Source: Perkinsus olseni
Lineage: Eukaryota
Direction: 5' to 3'
Assembly: GCA_013115125.1 (NCBI GenBank)
Contig: JABANN010000304.1
Span: 1-40,879 of the forward strand
DNA: 40,879 nt
The notes under the pieces were generated by a model. That model did no database searches and was not told where the DNA came from. It saw only the letters and a program-made list of their open reading frames with translations. This document shows positions 1-12,154 of this stretch, piece by piece (position 1 is the stretch's first letter; every line of letters begins with the position of its first letter). The position numbers and the translations under genes were made by a program.

Positions 1-920
1 AGACGTCTTCGGAACTATAACTGTGAAGAACTACTGAGACCTATGACTATGTACGATGGCTTGCGTTAACTATCTCAAGCACTCATTGCTCAACACGGGG
101 AAAGTGTTACTCATTGTGCGCAGATCATCTTGTGCATGCGTGCATAGCTTATTCCCCTCGAAAGACTAAGCTTAGAAGCAGAAAGTAGAAGACTTTACAC
201 TCCTTCTCGCCTTGCGTTGACTATGAGCAACAACGGAGAAGCAACAACGCTGCAAGATCTTTCAACATAATGTGGGGACAAGATAGGGCCGATTGTGAGC
301 TGTCTGGAGTAGCCACAAGTCCTCCCAGTGGCCAGGTGGGTCTGCTAAGTTCTATCCCCAGACCGGTAGAGGCCTTCGTACATCCTCTACTCTATCGTTT
401 TCAACTCGGCTGACATATAACTCATGATAAGGCGATTCATTACCCTAATTGACTCGGACTAGAACCGGAAAGGTGGCGCCGATGTTGTCGTGTTTGGTCA
501 CCGCGCAGACTGCCGCTTTGCGCGCGTACGTCCTCTGCGCTAGCTTTGTGCTGCAGTGGGCAACTTGTTACGGTTGGCAGTTGCAGTTGATAGCGACTGA
601 CTTCATTTTGCCTGTAATTTGCATTCGTGGTTGCCCTCTTGTCAACACGTTTGTGCGTACTAGCGACCGCGAATATTGGGCTCTGCCGCAGCACACTACG
701 CATATGCGTGCCGCCTACTGCCACTGCCTACTCGCTGGATCACAGCCAGGGTTGGACCTAACAGTCCCCCTTACGCGTGATCACTTAGATCGTGTTAAGT
801 TGTTACCTCTGCCATCGTCACTCAACCACCAAATCATTCACGTAGATCTCCTCGTGCTGGCTAATCTTCGATTGTCGTTGCGCTCTGGTCCTCACCTCAG
901 TCATTGTCTATTCTAACGCA

Positions 921-1749
921 ATGCTGGGCATCATCCTCTCCTTCTTGGTCTTTACCACTGCCAACAGCCATGGGTTCATATCAAATCCCCCAGCCAGGAA
1001 TAAGGTCGCTGGTACCGACAATCACTACAGCCCTCAATCTGGTAACAGTGTCGGAGCTGTGGGGAGGATCCAGGCCAAAGGGGCTCCCTTTCCTGATAAT
1101 CACGATGCTGAAGGCACCCACGGGCTGTGGTGGTGACCCTTGGGAAGGAGGCAAGGGTGATCTGCTGCCTCTCAACCAGCAGACCTTCATGAAGGAAGGG
1201 CCGATCGTGGCCACCTACAGCCGTGGGCAAACCATCGAGATCGATATGCACTTGACCGTGCACCATTGGGGTCATTTCGAGTTCCGAGTTTGTGAGGGTG
1301 GTCTATCCGGTGAGAAGTACTCGACTCAGAAGGCTGGCCAGGACTGCCTTAATAAGAATCTTCTCGTGAGACCCGACCCCAAGACTCGTACGGAATGCCG
1401 GAATGCCAAGACTATCGACGCCAGCAACTATGACTGCCAGCCCCTTGATGCCGCCCATCCAGAGAGGTGGTATCTTCCCCCGCGGAGCTACGGTACTGAT
1501 GGAATGAACTACAAGATGAAGTTCAAGCTTCCCGATAACCTTACCTGTAATCCTTGTACCATGCAATGGAATTGGATTACTGGTAACTCTTGCCTGGTCG
1601 AGGGCTATAAGGAATACTTCGCCAAGTTCAAGAAGGAGTACCCGAGTCTAGACTCTTCCTGGGACCAATCTAACTCCCCCAAAGATAGCTGCGACGTTGC
1701 CAGAAATGGTGAGCAGTTCTGGAACTGCGCTGATATCAAGATCGAGTAG
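921..1749 (+). pseudogene. Secreted lytic polysaccharide monooxygenase (chitin-binding type 4 / AA15-AA10-like), intronless, interrupted by a 1-nt frameshift near 1129-1130 (pseudogene or sequence error)
   Basis: ATG 921 gives signal peptide MLGIILSFLVFTTANS followed by HGFISNPPARN (N-terminal His of the His brace). Removing one G from CTGTGGTGGTGACCCT restores HGLCGDPW and joins the 904..1749 frame, which has HLTVHHWGHFEFRVC, CNPCTMQWNWITGNSC and EQFWNCADI; stop TAG ends 1749. Confidence 0.85.
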
Positions 1750-2003
1750 ACTGCTATGAGCGGGCTCCTACGCGGATGTTCAAACAAGGAAGAATCCGCT
1801 CTAAACGACCATCATCTAGTGAATGCAATTGTCGACATCATCAGTCTCACATCCCCCACCGTACCCACTGATACAGTGGCTCTGCAGTACACGGCGTGTA
1901 CTACACGCTCTGTGCTGCCCCATTTTCTTCCGTCACGCTTATACGAGTGGCAAAGGATCTTGCCACGTAGTTTTCACTCCCCTTTATGGTTATTCCTACC
2001 TCC

Positions 2004-2056
2004 CTCCGTCTGACGGAGTCCGCACTACTATGACGGAGTCCGTCATAGTAGTGCGG
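2004..2056. repeat. Perfect inverted repeat (18-bp arms, 1-nt spacer, 2020-2056) plus an adjacent 7-bp-arm palindrome (2004-2018)
   Basis: CCGCACTACTATGACGGA-G-TCCGTCATAGTAGTGCGG; CTCCGTC-T-GACGGAG; direct repeat TGACGGAGTCCG at 2011 and 2031. Confidence 0.95.
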
Positions 2057-2704
2057 TCTCTCAGGTTGGTGGTCTCATCAATACCATCATTGCCTTCTCG
2101 GAGGGCGGCACTACCGTTTAGGGGACTATGACATTAATCCGTCTCGGGCTGAGGGTAGCCGTCATTGTGATGGTACAACTCGGCTGGTGACTTTAAACCC
2201 ATCGTCTTCTCTCACCCGTCAATTTGTAGCTCGGGTTACTTTTTTCCCTCCCTTTCAAGCATCCAGGGCTTGTGGTGTTGTGATCGATTTTTGGGGGTTC
2301 GGCGTCATGCAGGGTATTGAATCAATACTATTGATAAAGCCAGGTCTGCAACAACGTCACCGCTCGACCTCGAAGACCTTCACGTGAGCACTATCGATCC
2401 ACGCCTCCTTCGTCCCCACGCGATGGTTTTGCTTTCGATTGGCCACTGCAGGCTTCTTCTGAAGAGGAAATACCCTTCCCGGATAGCTCTCGGCTGGGGC
2501 TTCTCGTTTCATCGACGAATTCGTAAGCTTTCTGGAGGAAACCTTGCAAATGGTACATCGACCGCGACGATACCTTCGGCCGGTCTGGGAGGGTTCCACT
2601 TGGGGAAGAATGCCGACAAGTGGACTTCAAGGGAGGAGGAGGAGCTGCTCTTCTGCCGAGTGCTGATCACCAGCCCGAGTTCCAGATTAATTCCACGCAC
2701 CGTT

Positions 2705-2754
2705 ACTCGCTTCTTCTTCCAACTCGACATTTTCCTTTATCAAAACCCCCGTAG
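2705..2754 (+). promoter_or_regulatory. Putative pyrimidine tract + AG (candidate SL trans-splice acceptor) upstream of the FATP gene
   Basis: TTCTTCTTCCAACTCGACATTTTCCTTTATC...CCCCCGTAG ends 19 nt before ATG 2774. The trans-splicing role is inferred from the presumed lineage. Confidence 0.3.
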
Positions 2755-2773
2755 TTCCCTCTTTCCTTTCCGT

Positions 2774-5700
2774 ATGCGTCAGCCGGCCATTCCGGGTGGA
2801 AAAGCTATCGGTATGGCTGGACTTGGTTATCTCACGTTCATGGGATTAGATCATTTCCTGAGGATCAAGAATGATATGCTGATGATATGGTACGCCTAAG
2901 TAGGCCTACCCCCGCCACACATCCGCGAGTGTCATGGATGCCCTGCACAACTGCAAGGCTTCCATTCGATCGCCCTTGCCATACATGACGACCTATTTCC
3001 TTCCAGGCGAAGTATTCCTGCTGCAATCAAAGCTTCCAAGTTGGATAGAATCGGTGAAGATATAATCACCACTTGGGACGAGACAGTGCGGAGGTGACTC
3101 TAGTTGACGTGACTCAAACCTGAGCCGTTGGAAGAAGAGAAGCTGATATAACGATCTTTTTAAGAAGGGCCGCAATAAGGAGCGGCATGTCCAGCTTCAC
3201 ATAGGCTCCCGATGAAATTCGCGTTTGCTAGAGGGAGCCTGCGACTAGTCAGTGGTCAGCTGCTAAGTTGAATCGACTCTGAAATGACGGCGAACCTCTG
3301 GAACGCCACTCCCACGAACGTTCGATGCTCCCTTAGGTACGGAGATAATGTTTTCATAATCTTCGAGGGCAGGCGGATGACCTTCCAAGACGTCGACGAG
3401 CTATCCAACCTCATGTGTTGGTGAGCAATCTCCCTTACCCTAGCTAGGAGGCGACCCGCTTCTTATTAAGGTATTTATCAGAGCACATCGGCCTCGAGCC
3501 CGGCTCCTCTTGCCTGGCCCTGGTTATGGAGAACAAACCTGATTTTGTATGCTGGTGGCTAGCGGCGGCTAAGGCTGGTGTCAAAGTGAGTGTGTGCCTT
3601 CTCGTCGAACATCGCTGCAAGAAGCAGTGTTCCCCCTCAGGCGGCGTTCGTAAACTTCAGTCTGAAGTCGGATGCCTTAGCGTACGCCATCGGAAGCGCG
3701 GCCGCCGATATTGTTATCTTCGACGCCGAGTCTTCTGGCGAGGTGAGTCTACGATGCTTGCTGTGTTGTCGCTTTTCTTTACCTTGCCCTAGGTTGCATC
3801 GGCCGAGAGTTCGATCAGAGTCAAGAGGCCCGCCATGTAAGATGCTCGAGGATGCCTTCAGAGTGAATTCCTAACCTGCTTGGGCTCCCTCTACCTCAGC
3901 CAATTCCTACAGTGGGACGCCCGATACACCCCTGTCAGAGAGGCGACGTGCCTGACCATCGAGGCTTTGAACCAGAGGTAAGATCAGGTGTGCAGCATTG
4001 GTAGTGGCACTGTGTGAACAGAGCCGCTGTTTCACACAAGAAGACGCTGTCAAGACACAATGTCTTTAGGTCAATGGGCTACTGATACCTAGTCTTTCAG
4101 ATACCCAGGGGCCTCTGCATCACGGCCGGCTAAGACCGAGCAGTATCGCAGGACTAGTGTTACGATGATGAGTATCTTCGGCTACATCTACACGTCCGGC
4201 ACCACGGTGACTCATCTACTATGTGTCCCCCTCCTCCAGCTGTCATTGTAGTAGGGTATGCCCAAGGCTGCTGCCATCACGCATTGGAGGCTGTGGGCCT
4301 TTGGCTTCATCATGGCTGCCAGCGCTTCTATAGCGGAAGTTGATGTCATGTAAGTGTGCATTATCGGCGCCTCGGCATATGCTGGCCCACCCTTGGCTTG
4401 TCGCTTTCCTCTCGCTCCTCTCAGCTACACGTGTTTGCCTCTGTTCCACACGGCTGGCGGGGCCCTCGGCATTGGTGCTGCCATCCAAACTGGATGTACG
4501 ATTGCCCTCGCTCGACGCTTCTCTGTCCGAAGGTTCTGGCAGGACGTCAATCGATACAAGTGAGCAGCAGCAAAGGTTCGCTAGGGGCCGCCCTAGGCTG
4601 TCCGTCACACTTCTCCGAGTTCATTGATCAAACTAGTCCCCAAGCGTTGGAATCATATCAGCGGAGCGTAGCTTACTGAAGCCATCCGATAGCCTGCCGC
4701 ATCCGCGGTCGTAGAGAGACTCTTGACACCACGCTGATGGCAAGGCGTGGAATTCTATTTCCGTGATGGACCGGGTATATCGTATCCCTCAGGCAATCAT
4801 CAAAGCACCCCCCTCAGGTGCACTGTGGTCCAATATATTGGCGAGATTTGTCGCTACCTTGTAGTCGCTGCCCGGGAGTATCCCAACGATCCTCTCTATC
4901 GATCGCATAATCTCCAAGTTGCCTTTGGCAATGGGCTCAGGCCTGAGGTAAGGGGAGTGTCGCTTATGAGCGCTATGAGGGACAACGCCTTGTCACCCTT
5001 CGATCTATGAAACGCCCACCAAAAAGTCGTCGTGAAGGCCTCTGCTGACGGCACTGTCTACTCCACTTCTCCTCATGCGCTCAGGTGTGGGGGCCCTTCC
5101 AGGAGCTGTTCGACATCCCGCAAGTGGTCGAGTTTTACGGGGCTACGGAGGGCAATGGTGGGCTAGTTAATACTTGTAAGATTGGACCCGAAGGGTCTCG
5201 GGGCCCGACTGTGGAAGGGGAGCACCTCCCTTCTTCTCTCAGCCACTAGCAAGCGAGATCGCGGTGCAGTGGGAATCCAAGGAGCTCTAATGAGTAGAGT
5301 AACCGGATACGAGCTGGCCAAGTACTTCGTATGTCGTGGTACCTGAGTTCTCCGTATTCCGTGATCATGGCTAGGTTCAACGTCGACGAAGAATCCTTAG
5401 AGAGGGACGCGAGAGGCTTTTGTATCCGACCGCTGACTAGTAGTCACGTCTTTTGGTCTGCCAGTTGTGTCCACTCTCGACAATTCTCTCTATGGTCCAA
5501 TGGGGAAGGCCCTCGGTAGGGATGACCATCTGTTGTAGATGAGCCTGGAGAGCTGCTCCTACCCATCAAAGAGGGACGACCAGAATCTACCTTCACTGGT
5601 TATACTGACAGGAAATCAACCAAGCAGAAGGTGATATCGGAAACCATTATCTCATTTCGGCTCCCATCATTCGCAATCCGACGCTACGAAACTCCGAGTT

Positions 5701-6985
5701 GAGGGAAGCCGAGTAGCTGTGGATATAATGCCGCGGCTTCTGGTGATGGCCCCACCTCACGCCACATCATACACCCCGACCATACTTGTCAGGTCATCAG
5801 CGATGTATTCACCCCCGGCGACTGCTACTTCCGAACCGGAGATCTTCTCCGGAAGGATCACCGCGGCCGCTTCTTTTTCGTCGACAGAATTGGTGATACA
5901 TTCAGGTTAGTCAGTATCACACCGAGGGCGTGGGATCGTCCTTCTTCTTCCCAGGTGGAAGGGCGAGAACGTCTCCACCACTGAGGTGTCGGAGGTCGTT
6001 TCACAGTACCCGGGTATCGCTGAGGCCAATGTGTAGGCATCGGCAGGTTGAGGGGTCCGCTATCTATTCTCATGATTGTCAGCTACGGCGTGAAAGTCCC
6101 TGGTGAGCCTGACGGCCGAGGATGCATGGCCGCTATTAGACTGGAGAAGCCCTCCACTGGTGAGCTCTTTGGGCACGATGGAGGCCGTTTTAGAACGGTA
6201 CCGAGTATTATTGCGCTCAGGTGAACCCTCGAGGGCTTCCCTTCGTCACCCTTGCGATGAGGAGAGCTGGGAGTCATTCAGGCTGTTTCTGAGCCGCCGT
6301 TTGCCACAGTTCGCGATGCCTTTATTCGTGTGTCATTATACGACTCTGCTGCTCCTACTCCCCTCACGCTCCACCATATGCATTATATCAGCTAGCGCCT
6401 CATTTGACATTCCCGAGTAGAGCATTGCCGACTCATCTGATATTAAAGCTATGAACACTATCCCTCCAGTGAGCATGCAGGAGTGTTCGCGATAGAGACG
6501 ATGCGTGCATGCCGCTTTGGAGAGAAGCTACTCTTTACGAGGCGTACGTGATAATCAGAGTCTTGTAGCCTTCCCTGTCTAACCTATGAGGGTATCGTTC
6601 GAACTTTATAGCAGCCGGGAAAAGGTCAGACTTGTCCGATTCGGTTGCTATCAACGGTGACGGTTTTCGGCAACCTCGTACTCTCGCAGGTCCGTGTACT
6701 CACTGACGACGATGATAATCATCACACCGCCACTTTCAAGCAGATCAAGAGCAAGTTTGTGAAGACAGGATGCGATCCCAAAGCCTGCTGGCCCGACCAA
6801 CTCATCTGGCTGGACCCGAAAACTAGACGGTAGAGGCAAAGCAAGTTCCGTACACTGCCACCCACGAAGCGGAAGCCCGATTGAGGTCCCCAACAATCAT
6901 GACACGCTGTAAGCTCAGGTACAGTGTTTTTACCCCTGAGCAGTACACGAGCCTACAAAGTGTGAAAGAGACGTCCAAGATATAG
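2774..6985 (+). CDS. FATP: Fatty acid transport protein / very-long-chain acyl-CoA synthetase (SLC27/FATP family), multi-exon
   Basis: Spliced motifs: YIYTSGTTGMPKAA (AMP-binding), [99 protein letters not shown]. Last exon ends ...VKETSKI*. Confidence 0.93.
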
Positions 6986-7290
6986 GTGCATCTGCATTAG
7001 AGATACCTTTTTGAATCGTTCTAGTTTCTCAAACCTAGGATGAGAAGTGATCATTTTTGACCCATTTCGCCCAATGTGAATTTAGTGTACTTGTGTGAAT
7101 ATTCGGGCATTCTTCGTGGTGGCCCCGGTCCCTCGATACCAGTCTGATCCCCAAATTGCCTCGTTTGAGGTATGTCGCAATGCGACAGTCGCATATCCTA
7201 CGTTCCATGCCGGGGGTCACTGAAATGTGGTAACTGCCGTCTAGCGATCAGCTCGCTTCAGCCGTGTTCCCAATTCCTGCTACTCCAACG

Positions 7291-8752
7291 ATGTTCAGCC
7301 GCCTCTCCCGTCCTCTCCTCTCGGGCATATCCCGCATTAATGTTATTGGGGCAGGCCAGATGGGAACCGGCATCGGAATTGTCGCTGCCAGGTGGTACTC
7401 GAAGCTAACGCCGGTTATGGCCGAGTGTAGCATGGAACTCCTCTTCTTTCAAGATACGGTCAGCGTTCTGTGACGATGATGGACAACTCGGCAGAAGCTT
7501 TGAAGAAGTCGGAGAAGTTTGTCGAGGTAGATGGCGGGGGGCCGATTTGCATCATTATGGCGTGGGCTTGTCCAGTGCCAGTAGGGCGTGTACCAGCGTA
7601 ACCTAACAATCCCCAGTCCCCCTCAGTCCTGGTTGGAGAAAGAGAAGTCGAAGGGCCGAATGTCGGCCGAAGACGTTGGCGCCTTCCAGAGCTTGGTCTC
7701 GTTCGCCTCCGTGGACTCTAAGCAGGTATCTTTTCGGCCCAGTGTCACAGCACCCACAGTTGCCTATAGGCGCTGGACTCTTGCGACATGGTCGTGGAGG
7801 CAGTTATCGAGAACATCGATATCAAAGGATCTCTATTTGGTATGCTCGCCAGCACCGTTAAACCCGAAGTAATTGCTCTCAGTCACCGGCGCGCTCTCCT
7901 ACGGTCGTTCACGCTGTTTCAGTGTATACTCGCGACTAATACGAGCAGTATCAGCATCACGAAGATGTCAGCATACGCGAAGGGCATGGAGGAGAGGGTA
8001 GAACAGCCGCCCTCCTGACCTCACAGTCAATCCCATGGCACTGAGGACCATCATGGCACACCGTCCTATCAGGTCATCGGCACCCACTTCATGAACCCTG
8101 TTCCTGTGATGAAGCTCGTCGAGGTGGGCCCCCGTCAGCCTCTGTGCAGCAGTTGTCGATCTAGCAGGTTATCCGAGGTCTGTCCACATCCGATGCCACG
8201 CATGCCGAGACCATGGACTTCGTCTCTCGCCTGGGAAAAACTGCAGCTACCAGCGTGGATCGCCCTGGGTTCATCGCAAACCGTTTGTTGATGCCGTAAT
8301 TCCTTTGTACTCTGCCACGTGTCTTACCCGTGCGCTTCGAAGGTACGTCAACGAAGCAATTATTTGCCTCCAAGACGGGGTATCGAGTAAAGAGGATATT
8401 GACACTATTATGAAACTAGGTCCGCGTCGCCCTGCTGCGCCCCAGGGCCCATGGCAATAGCTCGGCGAGTTCTTTCTATCTAGGCACCAACGTCCCTCTT
8501 GGGCCCTTGGCTCTCGCGGATTTGATCGGCCTTGACACCTGTTTGTTTATAATGCAAGTGCTGCACCGAGAGCTTGGCGACAAGTAAACTACACGCCTCG
8601 CCTGCTACGGCTATGTGTTAGCCGACATGATCTCCTGTACAACGAATTCTCTTTCTGTGAATCGTAGGTACAGGCCCGCCCCTCTCTTGCAAATGCATGT
8701 TGACGCCGGGCACTTGGGGAAGAAGACTGGGCAGGGTTTCTACAAGTATTGA
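7291..8752 (+). CDS. hbd: 3-hydroxybutyryl-CoA (3-hydroxyacyl-CoA) dehydrogenase, probably mitochondrial, multi-exon
   Basis: Presequence-like [12 protein letters not shown]; Rossmann motif [75 protein letters not shown]; ends [14 protein letters not shown]. Confidence 0.95.
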
Positions 8753-9397
8753 GTGTGGTGAATCATGAGTTTTTATCCTGATAGTTTCTTATCCGTGTGG
8801 CCTCGCGGAGTTAAAAGTTACAACTTGCTGATGGGCCTGGTGACGGAGATATTGGGGAACGACTAGTGTACTGCGCGACTAAAGGGGGCCAATCTTCCGC
8901 TAATGATGCTGGAGAGTTACTCGCGGAGGGGGGTCTGAAGCGATGCCATCAGCTGCCTCGTGCCAGCCCTGAGCTGACGACGCAATACCCGATTTCCGAG
9001 CGCGGGAAGCATAACAAGTGTTGTCGTCTACTGAACAACTGAAGCCAGTTGGTTAGTACGAAACGCGTTCGGCTATGGCTCTAATGCATGACAGGCTCCG
9101 AGATCACTCCGGAGTGACGAATAAATCGTACAGTGAATTAACTCCCTCGGCGTAGTCTCCGATGAAGGCGTGATAATTAGGACCAACTGGGAGTACCTGA
9201 CATCACCTCACAATACTTTAAGTGCTTGCCCGTGTACCGCAGCATTGGCATCTTCTGAAGGGTCTCCTTTGTAAACACAATACGGGCTCCCGTACCCTCT
9301 GCTGTCAACTTGCTGTACCTCAACCAGCTTGAGGTGAGGACAGGGCGATAAGCCAACCTGATTTAGAAAGCCTCCCAGCTTGAGAATTTGGCTGATG

Positions 9398-12001
9398 TTA
9401 GGGATGCTCTCCTCCCTCGATTACGGATATAGTGAACTTGGCAGTTGATCCAGGGCCGAGGGCTAGTGCTGTGACTTGACGCTGCGGTCGCTGGTAGGAT
9501 GGGATGGTTACAGCTCCGCGAGGGTCCACCGCAATGATTGTATTGTCCCTGCTGTCCACCATCTCCAGCACTTGGGAGGGGAGATTCTCAACATCAACTT
9601 GACCGTTCAAGCCAAGGAGGAAGGACATACCTGACGTCGTGAAATGAGATTCATCCCGAGGGTAGGGGCCTTACGGAAGGATTCCGCTGTCCATGTTGCT
9701 GTGCCGACATGTTGGCGTTCGGCTGGACATCTACCAGCGTGGACAACCCGGCCCACGACAACCCAGGTCTCGCCGTTCGCTACGTGCCGAGGACTAACCC
9801 TGTACGAATTTATAATCTCGAAGTCTGGTACAACCGCATGATCATCGATAGCGTGATCTGCATGCTCGTTGGTCGAATCCACCCCTCCCTTCTCCCACAC
9901 CCTATCAACGGTGCTGTTCAAGTTGTAGTCCTCGTCCCACATATGCATCGACTCCCAGCTCTCACAGCAGTACGAGCAATACTCAACTCCATCGGCCTCC
10001 GCCCCCATGCAAGATGGGAATGCCCGAGGTACGTCGGTTAGCAGCGGTTCGTTGCAACCAGCACACAGGGAACCACACAGGCCTCGGAGGAGTATGTCGT
10101 CCAAGGCTAGTCCACATGCATTGAGGTAGTCCCTCAGAGCTAGGTAGCTCTGATACCAATCTTCGAATGCCGCTACTGTGATGCTGTCTGCCCGCTGTAG
10201 GGCTGCACGGCTGATACATTCTGGCATCTCACGCAGTTGCCACCCCGGTGAGCTACGAGGGTCTTCAGCGGAGCCAGGGTCACTGTCCACCGAAGATGTT
10301 TCCTGATTACTGCTGTTACACGTCGAAACTGTTGGAGACTGGCACGCCCATTCATACCAATACCGCGTGCGCACCCAGTTGGCCGACATGTACGTGCCGT
10401 ACCTACGAGGAGGTAGGTCCTCAGCCGAAATGGACCCCAGTACTCACGGGAATGACCACGAGGAGGGGCTCATGCCGAGGGTGACAGCAGGGTCAACAGC
10501 ACATATGCCGACATAGCTGGGCAACCTTGACCTCATCGTAAGGGCGAAGGATTCTAGGCTCTCCGGCAAGGTACCTGAATCAGGCGTCAGAATCATGGTA
10601 TCAGTTTGGGAGGCCCAACTACCATCAACAGAGGCCAGTAGCTTCTCCAGGACCCAATCACTGGGTTTAGTCTCCGTACTGTAATGGAACATTTTGATGT
10701 CCTCTTTACGTAGTGTATTCCACTCGATGTTGTGGTAGAAGGGGCTATCCATACAGTGGAAGTAAAGATGGTGTAGTTGGAAGTTGTACCTGTAAAGGGA
10801 GCTTGGGAAAACAGCGAGGGAGAAGTCCTGCTGACCTGCAACTTATGTGCCTCCACTGAGGGTAGTAGCGTGAGAGGTAATCCTGTTCGGGACCATTGCA
10901 ATAGCAGTGCTCAGGATGGGTATCATCGGTGATCTCCTCTATCATACCCTCTAGCTCGGTGGTATCGGGTGCCAACAGCATTATACCGGCGTTGACGCCC
11001 GTACTATTACCCCACCTAACGATGAGAATAACCGAAGTTGGTCCGATGCCACTGACCATCCTTTCGAGTAGAGCCACTCTGCACGGAACTCAGTACCGTG
11101 CTCGGGCTGCCAGGCCCCCCTCTTCATCGCTGCTGGCGCTTGCAAGTCGAACAGGTCGTCCATGTTCTTCACACAGAGAGTGTCTGTGTCTACTAGGACT
11201 ATTTTGCTGTATCCCAGTTGGTCTAGTTCCAGGCAGCGGAGCTTGGTGAAGACCTACAAAAAACAACAGTAAAAAACACGGTCTCCCTCAGACGGTAGCA
11301 GCAAGGGCAGCAGCTACGTCCTACGACTATGATTACCCAGTCGAACCGGCTGGACTGCTCGCCGGCCAGAAGGCGTGTACAACAAGGGATGTACCCCACA
11401 GGATGGAGCCTGGTGAATACTCGGCCAAGGCACGCGAGGTACGAGGGTGGAACGTCCCGGGTATGCACAAGCTGAAACATAGAATGCATTCCTCAGAGAA
11501 GTCCACAAGGCTTGCTTACCACAGTATCATAGGCCGACCCCATCGAGCGGAGGCCCCACCCACAGATGAGGGCTTGTAGGAAGTAGCTTGGCTTGGTACC
11601 GTACAGGACAGTCACGTAGGCATAGCGAGGGGTGTCCTGGCCCATCAAACCGTGCTCTTGTGGGAGTGGTTGTGGATGACAGCTGATGTCGACGGATAGA
11701 GGCTTCCGACAGGACGGGCAGATCCCAGTGTAGCTGAGCGCGTCATCCCCATCATCATCAACACGCTTGGCATAGAGGCTACGGATAACTCGGTGAGTCA
11801 TGAAGCTAGACAGTGACTGAGGAGCGACCAGGTGAAGTCTGTAGGAATAGTTATGAGTGGACCCACTATCGTCGTTGTTGTATTCTTCTTATCTCCACTT
11901 AGTAAACGTCTTAGAACCTCCCCGCGGCGTTCTTCTGGGAGTCGGGAGAACCTCTCCACAACGTCCTCTACCATCGAGGACTTGGAATGCCTGATGCCCA
12001 T
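9398..12001 (-). CDS. GT8 glycogenin-like glycosyltransferase with a long, partly Cys-rich C-terminal extension, multi-exon
   Basis: RYAYVTVLY, VFTKLRCLEL..YSKIVLVDTDTL (DxD) ..NMDDLF, NAGIMLLAP, GPEQDYLSRYY, YNFQ, FHYSTETKP. GT-AG introns splice this in frame to the 9607..10389 and 9398..9628 ORFs (ESFR|MSFLLG); ends GGEHP*. Confidence 0.8.
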
Positions 12002-12154
12002 TGTGATAAACACTACTAATGGGGGGCTAGAGTAGGTGACTGCTGCTCCCGAACTGGTGACCAGCCGAATATAGTAGTCTTCTAGGTTAACCGCTGACGA
12101 TTGACCAAATCAAGGCAGAGAGGCAATGAAAACGGGTCACTATGTGCACAGTAA

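Noticed and set aside
60-249. Short direct repeats (CTTGCGTTRACTAT x2, GCAACAACG x2, ACTCATTG x2)
   Set aside because: Too short and irregular for a CRISPR array, LTR or tandem repeat; the window edge limits interpretation.
440-916. ORFs 449..916 (+) and 440..724 (-)
   Set aside because: No recognisable motifs, non-ATG starts, atypical composition.
1125-1140. Perkinsus mitochondrial-type programmed frameshift in the LPMO
   Set aside because: The gene is nuclear, the site is not an in-frame AGG/CCC shift codon, and a simple 1-nt insertion restores the conserved CGD motif.
2384-2770. ORF with Myb-like KWTSREEEELL upstream of FATP
   Set aside because: GTG start, no remaining Myb helices, and it runs through the pyrimidine tract; probably a chance in-frame extension.
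9104-9117. 14-bp palindrome TCACTCCGGAGTGA in the convergent gap
   Set aside because: A few palindromes with 7-bp arms are expected by chance in 41 kb.
9130-9390. Protein-like minus-strand reading (TAEGTGARIVFTKETLQKMPMLRY) beyond the GT8 stop
   Set aside because: No supported start or splice path to it; left as intergenic or 3' UTR.
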